Below, piece by piece: positions 38,375 through 47,570 of a stretch of 57,229 bases of DNA. The DNA comes from Bacteroidales bacterium (lineage in GTDB: Bacteria > Bacteroidota > Bacteroidia > Bacteroidales > ML635J-15). The stretch is taken from positions 1-57,229 of the forward strand of contig JAQUBO010000001.1 in assembly GCA_028686735.1 (NCBI GenBank), read 5' to 3'. The notes under the pieces are model-generated. The model worked only from the letters and a program-made list of their open reading frames with translations. It did not search any database and had not been told where the DNA came from. Position 1 is the stretch's first letter. The number at the start of each line of letters is the position of its first letter. Both the position numbers and the translations under genes were made by a program.

Positions 38375-41300
38375 TTAAAAACTAAATTGTACACCTAATC
38401 TAATAGTTCTAGGTAAACTGTAATTGTAAGGTGAATTTATATACATAGCATAGTAATTTCTGTACGCTTCCTCATCATTTTGAGTGGCTATTGATGTTTG
38501 ATAATCCGCAAAGTTAAGAAAACCATCATCATCAGGGTTACCAGTATATTCATATAAACCCGTTACATTTGCGGTATTAAATAGATTTGAAATCTCTAAA
38601 TATATATTAAGGTATCCATATTTTTCTTTAGATCCATCCTCTTTCTTTTCAGCGAGTTTAAGTTTGATGTCCCGGTCTAAGCGCATATTAATTGTAGTTC
38701 TCCATGGCTTACGTGAACCATTAAGCGAACCTATAATAGTTCCATTATTTGGCTTATTACGTTTTGTATAAGGAGAACCAGACCCAGAATTAACAACAAA
38801 GTTAACTCCTGTATTAGCAAAAATACTTTTGCCACCAATTTTCGGTCCATTATAAGGAGTTCCAGATACTTTACCACCATAACGATAGTCTAGTGTAATA
38901 GCAAAGTTATTTCTTTGATCAAAGTCGAGTGGTATTGTTGTTCTTAAGTTTGGTTTATCTGATTTTACAATTGCTGCTCCAGACTCAAAACTCGAACCTG
39001 TACCATTAGCAAATTGCAATGTATAAGAGGCTCTTAATGTAACATTACCTGTTCTTCTAAGGTCATAAGTAACCCCAAAACCTTTAACTGTTCCAAAGTC
39101 TATATTTCCATAGGTGTAATAATTTACAGGATAGGCTCCATAAACAGCAATTGCCTGCTGCATATCACGCATCTCACGATAAAAGGCTGATAATTTAAGA
39201 GCTGATGTATTACCTAACTTTTGTTGAAAACCTAATTCATAATCAATTGTTTTTTCAGTTTTTAAGTTCGGGTTATTTAATAAATTATCATTATTCTGAC
39301 GTATAAATAAATAATCTAAAGGATTTAAACGTGCAGCATAAGATGGTCTTTTAGACAATATATCATAGTGAGCAAAAAACAAAGCTTCATCCGAAATAGG
39401 AAATGAGAATGACACACGTGGCATCACAACGATTTGAGGTTTATAGTCCTCAAAAGCACTAGAGTTTAATTGCTCTTTAGAATCCAACAAATACGGAGCT
39501 ATACCAGTTGAGCTAGAAATTTGTTTTGGATTTTCAATTTCGGCTCCTGTTGCGTCATACCAAACAGACCCAACTCTATACCCGTTAATAGCACTTGGCG
39601 ATGAAATATCATTTACATAAACAACGGCATTATCTGGAATATTACTAGGATGGTCTGTACTTGTAATAAGACCTCTTTCATCAGCATCTCCAACAGTATA
39701 TGCATCGTGTAATGTAAATTGGTCTTTGAGTACCATTTGATTAGCGTCATACCTATCAACACGAACACCTATATTAAATATAAGATCTTTAAATGCAAAC
39801 TTATCTTGTATGTAACCAGCAATATAGTTTGGCTCAAATGGAGCTATTGGACGAGCAAGATATCCTTCTTCAGTTGTTTTATTAAAAAAGTCGTCGAAAG
39901 TAGGTTTATAATTAAGTTTATCTCCTTTATAATCGTAACCATAGTATGCAACATAACTACTTCCTTGATTAAATAATTCGTCAGGACTAAACCAACTTAT
40001 ATCTAATGATTCTGGATCATAAGAATCTATGTCAATCCAATCAAGACTGTTAACTTCCAAACCTAAGCTTTCTCTTAATTTACGATCAAATTTAGATTGC
40101 GAAGAAGCATCATAAAGTCGTGGATAATCAATAGTATCTAAGAATATTCCATTTTCATCCCTATATTCTATTGGATTATTAAGGTCTCTTTCTAGAATAT
40201 GATAGTTAGTTAAACTTCGTGCAAGTGTCCATAATCCAAATGGAGAAACACCATAGTATGAATCGTTTCGTTGTTCAAATTCAAAACCAAGACTTATTTC
40301 ATGATTTTTTATGTCAGCAGATCCAGCAGCTGAAACTCTAAACTGAGTTGCATCACTCACAGTATAAGATGTATATGGATTTCCAGGACTAGCCCATAAA
40401 CCATAAATACTAGGAGCACCCATACCATTAAGTAAGCCTCCATTCTGCATTACAGATACAACATCTTTACGATACCTTTCATCAAAGTATTCAAAATACT
40501 GCTCGGTATATCTTGCAAGATCTGGATTTAATGAACCTGCTTCAAAATCTTTAATCTCATAAAACCATGTTTGCAGCAAATAGGCATCCTTACCTGTTAA
40601 AGTATCAGTTCCATAACCATAAAACTTTTCAGGGGTGGTATTAAATGTGCCAATATGACCATACTCAAAAAAGTTATCATCAAAATCTTTATTATAATAT
40701 TTTGAAAAAGTTTTTGAATAATCAACCTGTATAGTATAATAAGGATTTTTAATGATTGCTTCTTTCTCACTTTCCGAATTATCTCTAAATTTTTGAGTTA
40801 ATCTTCCATAAACTCTCCAGTTGTTATATTTCCAATTCCCATTATTTTCAGAATTAAAGAGTTGATTAGAATAAGAGTAAGCTCTTTGATCTCTATAATC
40901 GATAGTACCACCAAAAGTTAAGTTTAGATCCCTAATTGGAGAGATATCAATTTTTCCTGCTACATTAAAACTTTTGCTTTCAGCATTTTCTCTAGTTTTA
41001 TAGTTCTGAAAACCGTCATCTCTTATATAATCAGTATTTTGATAAATAATTGCACCTTCACTAGTTTGTACTAATTGTAAAGGATTATTTCTTATGTCCT
41101 CTAGCACATTTTCATTTGCTCTCCATTCACCAACAGATGAGGGACTAGGATCTTTAACAAGACTACCTTCAACTGACAGCAAAAAACCTGCAATAGTTCT
41201 TTTTCTGTTACTCCCCTCTTCTTCCACAGTCCAGATTGGTCCAGACAACATTAACCCACCAAGGTTATATCCATAAGGATCAAGGAATTGAGACGTTACA

Positions 41301-42007
41301 AGCTCCACCCCACCAAAATACTTAGAAGTAGGTCCTTTTGTTGTAATAGAAATTGCTCCACCGGTAGCATCACCATATTGAGCTGGCAAGCCTCCAGTAA
41401 TTACCTGAACCTGCTCAATCGCAGATTTTGGAACAGAACTTGAGCCTCTTACCTTTACACCGTCCACATAATACACAGTACCTTCAGAACGTGCACCTCT
41501 AATTGAGCCTACCTCACCATCTTCAGAATACACACCACCAACTGTAGTTGCAACTGCTGCAGCCGAACGCCCAGGCATTTTTGCTATATCCTCAGATCCT
41601 ACTGTTCCTCCTGATGCTGTTTGGTCTTTAGCAATTAAAGGCACCTTGTACTCCTTAATTTCTACTTCACCAAGTATCTCTGCCGAGGCGTTTAGTTTAA
41701 AATTCTGGAAAGTAATACTTCCTCCAGGAATTTGAACGCTATTGTACTGTAGTGTAGCATACCCCACATACGAGGCAGACACTGTGTACTTACCGGCTGG
41801 TATAGGTTTAATACTATAATTACCGTCAAAGTCGGTCATTCCTCCGGTAACAACATTGCCATTCTCTTCAATCGTCACGTTCGCAAACGGGATTGGCTCT
41901 CCAGTTGTTGCATCACTAATGGTACCATTTAATGTTCCCTGAGCAAACAACCCTACACTTGCCCCTGCAAGCGCCATAATAATTAGTAGTAATTTTCGTA
42001 TCATCAT
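38375..42007 (-). CDS. Oversized TonB-dependent-receptor-like protein (CarboxypepD_reg + plug + large barrel), not SusC-type
   Basis: 1210 aa with a signal peptide. GTLNGTISDATTGEPIPFANVTI..DFDGNYSI..GKYTVSASYVGY is the regulatory-like domain. GSIRGARSEGTVYYVDGVKVRG...GGLPAQYGDATGGAISITTKGP is the plug. The C-terminus is RLGVQFSF. Confidence 0.8.
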   Translation of the reverse strand: MMIRKLLLIIMALAGASVGLFAQGTLNGTISDATTGEPIPFANVTIEENGNVVTGGMTDFDGNYSIKPIPAGKYTVSASYVGYATLQYNSVQIPGGSITFQNFKLNASAEILGEVEIKEYKVPLIAKDQTASGGTVGSEDIAKMPGRSAAAVATTVGGVYSEDGEVGSIRGARSEGTVYYVDGVKVRGSSSVPKSAIEQVQVITGGLPAQYGDATGGAISITTKGPTSKYFGGVELVTSQFLDPYGYNLGGLMLSGPIWTVEEEGSNRKRTIAGFLLSVEGSLVKDPSPSSVGEWRANENVLEDIRNNPLQLVQTSEGAIIYQNTDYIRDDGFQNYKTRENAESKSFNVAGKIDISPIRDLNLTFGGTIDYRDQRAYSYSNQLFNSENNGNWKYNNWRVYGRLTQKFRDNSESEKEAIIKNPYYTIQVDYSKTFSKYYNKDFDDNFFEYGHIGTFNTTPEKFYGYGTDTLTGKDAYLLQTWFYEIKDFEAGSLNPDLARYTEQYFEYFDERYRKDVVSVMQNGGLLNGMGAPSIYGLWASPGNPYTSYTVSDATQFRVSAAGSADIKNHEISLGFEFEQRNDSYYGVSPFGLWTLARSLTNYHILERDLNNPIEYRDENGIFLDTIDYPRLYDASSQSKFDRKLRESLGLEVNSLDWIDIDSYDPESLDISWFSPDELFNQGSSYVAYYGYDYKGDKLNYKPTFDDFFNKTTEEGYLARPIAPFEPNYIAGYIQDKFAFKDLIFNIGVRVDRYDANQMVLKDQFTLHDAYTVGDADERGLITSTDHPSNIPDNAVVYVNDISSPSAINGYRVGSVWYDATGAEIENPKQISSSTGIAPYLLDSKEQLNSSAFEDYKPQIVVMPRVSFSFPISDEALFFAHYDILSKRPSYAARLNPLDYLFIRQNNDNLLNNPNLKTEKTIDYELGFQQKLGNTSALKLSAFYREMRDMQQAIAVYGAYPVNYYTYGNIDFGTVKGFGVTYDLRRTGNVTLRASYTLQFANGTGSSFESGAAIVKSDKPNLRTTIPLDFDQRNNFAITLDYRYGGKVSGTPYNGPKIGGKSIFANTGVNFVVNSGSGSPYTKRNKPNNGTIIGSLNGSRKPWRTTINMRLDRDIKLKLAEKKEDGSKEKYGYLNIYLEISNLFNTANVTGLYEYTGNPDDDGFLNFADYQTSIATQNDEEAYRNYYAMYINSPYNYSLPRTIRLGVQFSF

Positions 42008-42159
42008 AGAGTTTTACTTTATTCAATAACTTAACCCAATAAAAGCTGTAAATATAATACACAATTTAACATTGACCAAAATATTTAAACTTTAAAATCA
42101 TATTTTTTTTTTAATATATACTTAACATGTTCTAAATTAGACAAATTACAACAAAACAA

Positions 42160-42513
42160 TTACCTGTCTTTATTTACAGATTCTCGCTTAGATTTTTTCA
42201 TACGTCTCCAAGTTCGTTTACCATTAACTAAGTCTCTACCTCCCCCATTTATTTTTTTATTATGCTTTCTTACTGCTTTTTTATGTAATCTTCTTTCTTT
42301 TTTATCTTTTTTCTTTTTCTCTTTTATTGTCGCATCTTCTATTTTAATAATCCGTCTCTCTTCGCGTGTTGGTTTAATGCGCTTCGAGCGTTGCGATTTC
42401 ATATATTTTTCATTGTCAATACTACGATTTGATTGCGAAAAACCACTTATTGGCATCAAAATAAATACAACACAAGTTATTATTTGTAATAATTTAGTTA
42501 ATTTTGCAATCAT
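42160..42513 (-). CDS. Small, extremely basic (K/R-rich) secreted protein
   Basis: 117 aa. A hydrophobic N-terminus is followed by runs such as KEKKKKDKKERRLHKKAVRKHNKK. No family recognised. Confidence 0.4.
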   Translation of the reverse strand: MIAKLTKLLQIITCVVFILMPISGFSQSNRSIDNEKYMKSQRSKRIKPTREERRIIKIEDATIKEKKKKDKKERRLHKKAVRKHNKKINGGGRDLVNGKRTWRRMKKSKRESVNKDR

Positions 42514-42531
42514 AATTAAATTAAAATCAAA

Positions 42532-42966
42532 ATGAAAAATATTGCCTCAAAGATAGTAATTATTTTAACATCCGTTGTAATATTAAGTATTTTTCCGTCA
42601 TGTAACAAAGAGAATCGAATTCCTTATGTTCCAGTAAACTTTATTGTATATCCAGATTTACCTGAATATGTCAGCATAAAAACACCTGGAAATTTCCTGT
42701 ATCTAACTGGAGGAGTTAAAGGAATTATACTCTATTGCCAGTTTACGGACGAATATCTTGCTTACGAAAGAAATTGCCCAAACGACCCTTATGAAACAAA
42801 TTCAGTTTTAGATGTTGACTCAACGGGTTTTTTTCTTATTTGTAAAAATTGTGGGTCAAAATTCTCTATTCTAGATGGTTCAATTGTAGATAGCCCTTCA
42901 AAATACCCAGTTTTACGCTACCAAACTCACTTAGAAAACCAAGCTATATACATCTATAATCAATAA
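42532..42966 (+). CDS. Lipoprotein with a Rieske-like fold lacking the His ligands
   Basis: 144 aa. Lipobox FPSC. It has NCPND...(19 aa)...CKNCGSKF where a Rieske domain has CxH...CxxH. Confidence 0.4.
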   Translation: MKNIASKIVIILTSVVILSIFPSCNKENRIPYVPVNFIVYPDLPEYVSIKTPGNFLYLTGGVKGIILYCQFTDEYLAYERNCPNDPYETNSVLDVDSTGFFLICKNCGSKFSILDGSIVDSPSKYPVLRYQTHLENQAIYIYNQ

Positions 42967-42972
42967 AACACA

Positions 42973-43009
42973 ATAAAAAAAACGGGTTCTTTATAAAACC
43001 CGTTTTTTT
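42973..43009. terminator. Bidirectional intrinsic terminator
   Basis: AACGGGTT (42981..42988) pairs with AACCCGTT (42997..43004), with flanking A-run and T-run. It lies between convergent genes. Confidence 0.75.
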
Positions 43010-43039
43010 GTATTAAATATTTACTCCTATAGAGATTAA

Positions 43040-44455
43040 CTAGTAGCGATAGTGGTCAGGCTTATAGGGACCGTTGATTGGTACACCTAAATAATCAGAT
43101 TGCTCTTTAGTCATTTTTGTAAGTTTAACACCTATTTGCTCAAGGTGTAATCTTGCTACCTCCTCGTCAAGCTGTTTTGATAATCTTAAAACACCAGTTT
43201 CATAATCATGTTGCCATAAATCTAATTGGGCAAGAGTTTGGTTTGAAAAAGAATTACTCATCACAAAAGATGGGTGGCCTGTAGCACAACCTAAGTTTAC
43301 AAGTCGTCCCTGTGCTAGCATATAAATACATCTACCTGTTGGGAAAGTATATTTGTCAACCTGAGGTTTAATATTAATTTTTTCAACACCCTTAGCTTCA
43401 TCAAGAGCATCAACCTGAATTTCATTATCAAAGTGTCCTATATTACAAACAATGGCCTGGTCTTTCATTTGACTCATGTGCTCAAGAGTAATAACATGTT
43501 TGTTACCTGTAGTAGTTACAAAAATATTTCCCTCTTTAAGAGCCTCCTCAATTGTTGTAACTTCAAAACCTTCCATAGCCGCCTGTAAGGCACAAATTGG
43601 ATCTATTTCAGTAACAATCACTCTTGCACCATACCCTACCATTGATTTTGCAGATCCTTTACCAACATCACCATATCCAAGAACAACAACAACTTTACCA
43701 GCAATCATCACATCTGTTGCACGTTTAATACCATCAGCCAAAGACTCGCGACAACCATAAAGATTATCAAATTTCGATTTTGTTACCGAATCATTAACAT
43801 TTATAGCAGGGAAAAGCAAAGTGCCTTTTTCCATCATTTGGTAAAGACGATGTACTCCTGTGGTAGTTTCCTCTGAAGCACCTTTAAGTTCAGCAACTGC
43901 TCTAGTCCATTTTGAACTATCTTTAGCTAAAACTTTTTTTAATAATTCTAAAATAACTTTTTCTTCGTGATTTTCTGCTTTAACATTTAAAGTCTCTGCA
44001 TCTCTCTCTGCATAATATCCTTTATGTACTAATAATGTCGCATCTCCACCATCATCTACAATTAGTTGAGGTCCTTTACCATCGGGAAAAGATAAAGCCT
44101 GAAGTGCACACCACCAATACTCCTCCATAGTTTCGCCCTTCCAAGCAAATACAGGAACACCAGTTTTAGCAATTGCTGCAGCGGCATGATCTTGAGTAGA
44201 GAAAATATTACAACTCGCCCACCTAACATCTGCACCGAGTTCAACCAATGTTTCTATTAATACTGCGGTTTGGATTGTCATATGTAATGAACCAGTTATT
44301 CGAGCTCCTTTAAGTGGCTTCTCTGCAGAATACTTATTACGAATGCTCATTAGACCAGGCATTTCCTTCTCTGCTATTTCCATTTCTCTACGTCCCCAGT
44401 CTGCAAGACTAATGTCTTTTATTTTATAAGGTAAGTTACTAATTAATTCTTCCAT
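43040..44455 (-). CDS. ahcY: Adenosylhomocysteinase
   Basis: 471 aa. [39 protein letters not shown] motif, C-terminal KPDHYRY. Confidence 0.95.
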   Translation of the reverse strand: MEELISNLPYKIKDISLADWGRREMEIAEKEMPGLMSIRNKYSAEKPLKGARITGSLHMTIQTAVLIETLVELGADVRWASCNIFSTQDHAAAAIAKTGVPVFAWKGETMEEYWWCALQALSFPDGKGPQLIVDDGGDATLLVHKGYYAERDAETLNVKAENHEEKVILELLKKVLAKDSSKWTRAVAELKGASEETTTGVHRLYQMMEKGTLLFPAINVNDSVTKSKFDNLYGCRESLADGIKRATDVMIAGKVVVVLGYGDVGKGSAKSMVGYGARVIVTEIDPICALQAAMEGFEVTTIEEALKEGNIFVTTTGNKHVITLEHMSQMKDQAIVCNIGHFDNEIQVDALDEAKGVEKINIKPQVDKYTFPTGRCIYMLAQGRLVNLGCATGHPSFVMSNSFSNQTLAQLDLWQHDYETGVLRLSKQLDEEVARLHLEQIGVKLTKMTKEQSDYLGVPINGPYKPDHYRY

Positions 44456-44488
44456 TTAATATGTCTTTTTTTTATTTATAAATCTGTG

Positions 44489-44519
44489 CAAAAATAATCA
44501 GTTTTAAGTAATTTGCAAA
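44489..44519 (-). promoter_or_regulatory. Bacteroidota sigma-A-type promoter for ahcY
   Basis: On the minus strand, TTTG (44519..44516) is followed by a 19-nt spacer and TATTTTTG (44496..44489). It ends 33 nt upstream of the ATG. Confidence 0.45.
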
Positions 44520-44520
44520 A

Positions 44521-45423
44521 TTATTTAAAATACTCTAAAGTATCTTCTTTATCTTTATGCAATTGTGCAATTAAATCATCAAGTTTGTCAAACTTTATTT
44601 CCTTTCGTATTTTTTTTAAAAAACTTATTCTAACTTCTTGTCCATATAAATCATCGGTAAAATTTGGAATATGAAACTCTACACTTAATTCTTTTCCATC
44701 AAAACTAGGCCGAGTACCGATATTCAACATAGCTGGAAAATTATTATTATTCACTTGTGCAATACATATATAAACTCCATTTGAAGGGATTTGTTTATAA
44801 TCTTCAATATTACCAATATTCGCAGTTGGAAAACCTATTGTCCTACCAATCTTATAACCACTAACAACCACACCAGCTATTGAATAATTATATCCTAAAA
44901 AACTGTTCGCATCTTCAATCTGACCTTTTTCTATTAGCGTACGAATTATTGAAGAATTGACTTTCTTTTGATTTTCAAGGGTAAATTCTTTTAAAAAAGA
45001 AACAGGAATATATGTCTGAATATCATCAAAATCAGTATCAGCTTTTTTTCCAAAAGAATTATTGTATCCTATAATTAATTCAGAAACGGACAATTTTTTT
45101 ATCAAAAGCTCATTTGTGAATTTATGACTTCCTGTATTTGCAAGATTATCATTAAATTCTAAAACTAACAGATTTTTTACACCTAATGATTCTAATAGTT
45201 GTAATTTCTCATCAAATGTGCTTAAAAGTTTTATTGGGCGTCCAAAATGAATCGAGGGGTGTGGCCACAAACTTATTACTAAGTCATCAGTTCCTTTAGA
45301 GATAGCCGTTTCTTGTAATTTATTAATCAAAAACCTATGTCCTAAATGTACTCCATCAAAAAAACCTACTGTACTAACACAATTCTTTGGGATATTTTCG
45401 TTTATATTTGTATATATTTTCAA
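44521..45423 (-). CDS. ribF: Bifunctional riboflavin kinase / FMN adenylyltransferase
   Basis: The track ORF starts at TTG 45459 and would overlap the divergent gene. An in-frame TTG at 45423 gives MKIYTNINENIPKNCVSTVGFFDGVHLGH, the usual spacing to the GxFDGxHxGH motif. Confidence 0.85.
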   Translation of the reverse strand: MKIYTNINENIPKNCVSTVGFFDGVHLGHRFLINKLQETAISKGTDDLVISLWPHPSIHFGRPIKLLSTFDEKLQLLESLGVKNLLVLEFNDNLANTGSHKFTNELLIKKLSVSELIIGYNNSFGKKADTDFDDIQTYIPVSFLKEFTLENQKKVNSSIIRTLIEKGQIEDANSFLGYNYSIAGVVVSGYKIGRTIGFPTANIGNIEDYKQIPSNGVYICIAQVNNNNFPAMLNIGTRPSFDGKELSVEFHIPNFTDDLYGQEVRISFLKKIRKEIKFDKLDDLIAQLHKDKEDTLEYFK

Positions 45424-45449
45424 ATCATATTTTTTTACAAATTTAAAAA

Positions 45450-46649
45450 ATGAAATCAATAATTATTCAATACAGACAACAAATAATCAAAATTATAATC
45501 TCATATATATTAATAGGTATAACAGTGTCTTGTCAGTATGGTTCACAAAACAGTATTACCATTAATGGACAAATAGATTCATACCCAAATAAAAACATAG
45601 TCTTAGAATCACTTATGCCTAATAAAATCGACACATTACTAATAACAAAAACAAATAAATACGGACATTTTGAGTTTACTCTCGACAGCAGTCCCAAGGG
45701 TTTTCAAAGAATTAAGATTGATAATAACAATATGATGTATTTGTATTTAAAAAATAATGATCAAATAACAATTACTGGCAGTTATCCCAATCTAGCAAGA
45801 ACATATCAAGTTAAAGGATCGGACGAATCACAGCTTTTAAAAGAAATGAACCACCGATTAATTGAAAGCACCGACAAGTTAAATAACTTAAAAACTCAAA
45901 TTCAAAAAGCCTCCATGATACCTGAATATAATATGGACTCCTTAATGCGTAAAACAAATATAAGAGCACAACATCTTTATGATACGGACAAACAGTTTTT
46001 AATAAATTTCATTTCAAAAAACCAATCTTCACCAGTTATTTATATGGCACTTTATCAATATATTGGTACAACTCCTATTTTAACACTGGAAAATGATATC
46101 GAAATATATGAATTAGTTTTGCAGAAACTTAAAGAAAATAATACTAGTTTTCCTCATATTACAATGCTTGAGTCTGCAATAAACAATCATAAATTACAAA
46201 TACAACATTTAAACCGTCAGAATGCAAACATTTCTATAGGCAATAAAGCTCCCAGTTTTGAACTCACAAATAACAAAGGCAATAAAATGTATCTTAGTGA
46301 TTACAGCGGAGAAAAAATAATTATCGCTTTTTGGTCATCATTAAATAAAACTTCAGTTAATAATATCAAAAAACTAAAAGACATCCAAAAAGCCTATAAT
46401 TATAAAATAATTTTAATTTCCTTAGACATAAATAAAGAAAAATGGCTTAATGCAATAAAATCAAATAAATTTGAAAGTTTTATAAATTTATGCGATTTTA
46501 AATCCTGGGAAAGTCCTGTTACAAAAATATACGCTTTAAAATCATTGCCAGCTTATGTTGTAATTGATGCAAAATCAACAATTCAATTTCTTACTGATGA
46601 CATCAACAAATTACAAGAAAACATTGTAAAACTCAATAATATCGAATAA
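45450..46649 (+). CDS. TlpA/thioredoxin-fold lipoprotein lacking the CxxC active site
   Basis: 399 aa. Lipobox ITVSC. The C-terminal fold KAPSFELTNNKGNKMYLSDYSGEKIIIAFWSSLNKTS has SSLNK where WCxPC is expected. Confidence 0.6.
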   Translation: MKSIIIQYRQQIIKIIISYILIGITVSCQYGSQNSITINGQIDSYPNKNIVLESLMPNKIDTLLITKTNKYGHFEFTLDSSPKGFQRIKIDNNNMMYLYLKNNDQITITGSYPNLARTYQVKGSDESQLLKEMNHRLIESTDKLNNLKTQIQKASMIPEYNMDSLMRKTNIRAQHLYDTDKQFLINFISKNQSSPVIYMALYQYIGTTPILTLENDIEIYELVLQKLKENNTSFPHITMLESAINNHKLQIQHLNRQNANISIGNKAPSFELTNNKGNKMYLSDYSGEKIIIAFWSSLNKTSVNNIKKLKDIQKAYNYKIILISLDINKEKWLNAIKSNKFESFINLCDFKSWESPVTKIYALKSLPAYVVIDAKSTIQFLTDDINKLQENIVKLNNIE

Positions 46650-46730
46650 TTATCTGCAAAAAATAAGATTTACATTATCTTTGGAAAAAATATAATTATT
46701 GATTGACATAAAAAAACGATATATATTATT

Positions 46731-47483
46731 TTGATAGGTAAAAAAAGATATTACATTTCGGATGCACACTTAGGTATAGATTCAGAATACACATCTGAGC
46801 AACGTGAGACTCTTCTGGTGCAGTGGCTTGATGAAATAAGTCAAAATGCAGCTGAAATTAACCTTGTTGGAGATATCTTTGATTTCTGGTTTGAATACAA
46901 ACATGTTGTCCCTGCTGGTTTTGTAAGATTGCTTGCCAAACTAAAAGAACTGTCAGACAAAGGAATAAAAATTAAATATTACACAGGTAATCATGATATG
47001 TGGATTTTTGGCTACCTGCCAAAAATTACTGGAGCTGAGATTATACGTGGTACAGAAGTTATCAATCTTGGAAAAGACTTATTATTTATTGGACACGGCG
47101 ATGGATTAGGCCCCTATGATAAAAAATATAATCTTCTAAAAAAGATTTTCAATTCAAAGTTTTTCCAATTCCTCTTTAAACTTGTACACCCCGAATTATC
47201 ATTTCGAATTGCATTAGCATGGTCGGCTACCAGTCGAAAATCGCATAAATATCCAACAAAAATAAATATAGAAGACGAATGCTTAGTAAAGTATGCTAAA
47301 ACCGTTTTAGAAAAACAGCACATAGATTATTTTGTATTTGGACATCGTCATATCCCACTAAAAATCTCTATTGGCAAAAAAACCACATTTATCAACCTCG
47401 GCGACTGGCTAATAAACTTTACTTATGCCGTTTATGACGGAGAAAAAATGGAATTACTTAGCTATAAAGACAAATTAAAATAA
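46731..47483 (+). CDS. lpxH: UDP-2,3-diacylglucosamine diphosphatase
   Basis: 250 aa. TTG start at 46731. Calcineurin-like motifs YYISDAHLG, GDIFDFW, GNHD, GHGD, GHRH. Confidence 0.85.
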   Translation: MIGKKRYYISDAHLGIDSEYTSEQRETLLVQWLDEISQNAAEINLVGDIFDFWFEYKHVVPAGFVRLLAKLKELSDKGIKIKYYTGNHDMWIFGYLPKITGAEIIRGTEVINLGKDLLFIGHGDGLGPYDKKYNLLKKIFNSKFFQFLFKLVHPELSFRIALAWSATSRKSHKYPTKINIEDECLVKYAKTVLEKQHIDYFVFGHRHIPLKISIGKKTTFINLGDWLINFTYAVYDGEKMELLSYKDKLK

Positions 47484-47520
47484 TTAAAAATTATTATTTC
47501 TGAATTATAAAACGACATAA

Positions 47521-47557
47521 AAAAACTCCTGCTTAAATCTGGCAAGAGTTTTTTTAT
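47521..47557. terminator. Bidirectional intrinsic terminator between lpxH and rpmA
   Basis: AAAAACTC (47521..47528) pairs with GAGTTTTT (47547..47554), with additional inner pairs and T-runs on both strands. Confidence 0.6.
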
Positions 47558-47570
47558 ATCGTAAAGTATT

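Noticed and set aside
38375-42007. The 1210-aa receptor might be the SusC of a polysaccharide utilisation locus.
   Set aside because: No SusD-like gene follows, and no glycoside hydrolases or a hybrid two-component or ECF/anti-sigma regulator are nearby. The pre-plug region also lacks the SusC-type motif.
44456-44520. A possible SAH or SAM riboswitch upstream of ahcY.
   Set aside because: The intergenic space is only 65 bp. It is accounted for by a promoter (TTTG, 19 nt, TATTTTTG) and a short leader. No conserved riboswitch core or pseudoknot-forming segments are visible.
45423-45459. A 10-bp head-to-head overlap of ribF (TTG 45459) with the divergent gene starting at 45450.
   Set aside because: It is most simply explained by an over-extended ribF ORF. 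The in-frame TTG at 45423 gives the family-typical N-terminus (MKIY...GFFDGVHLGH) and removes the overlap.
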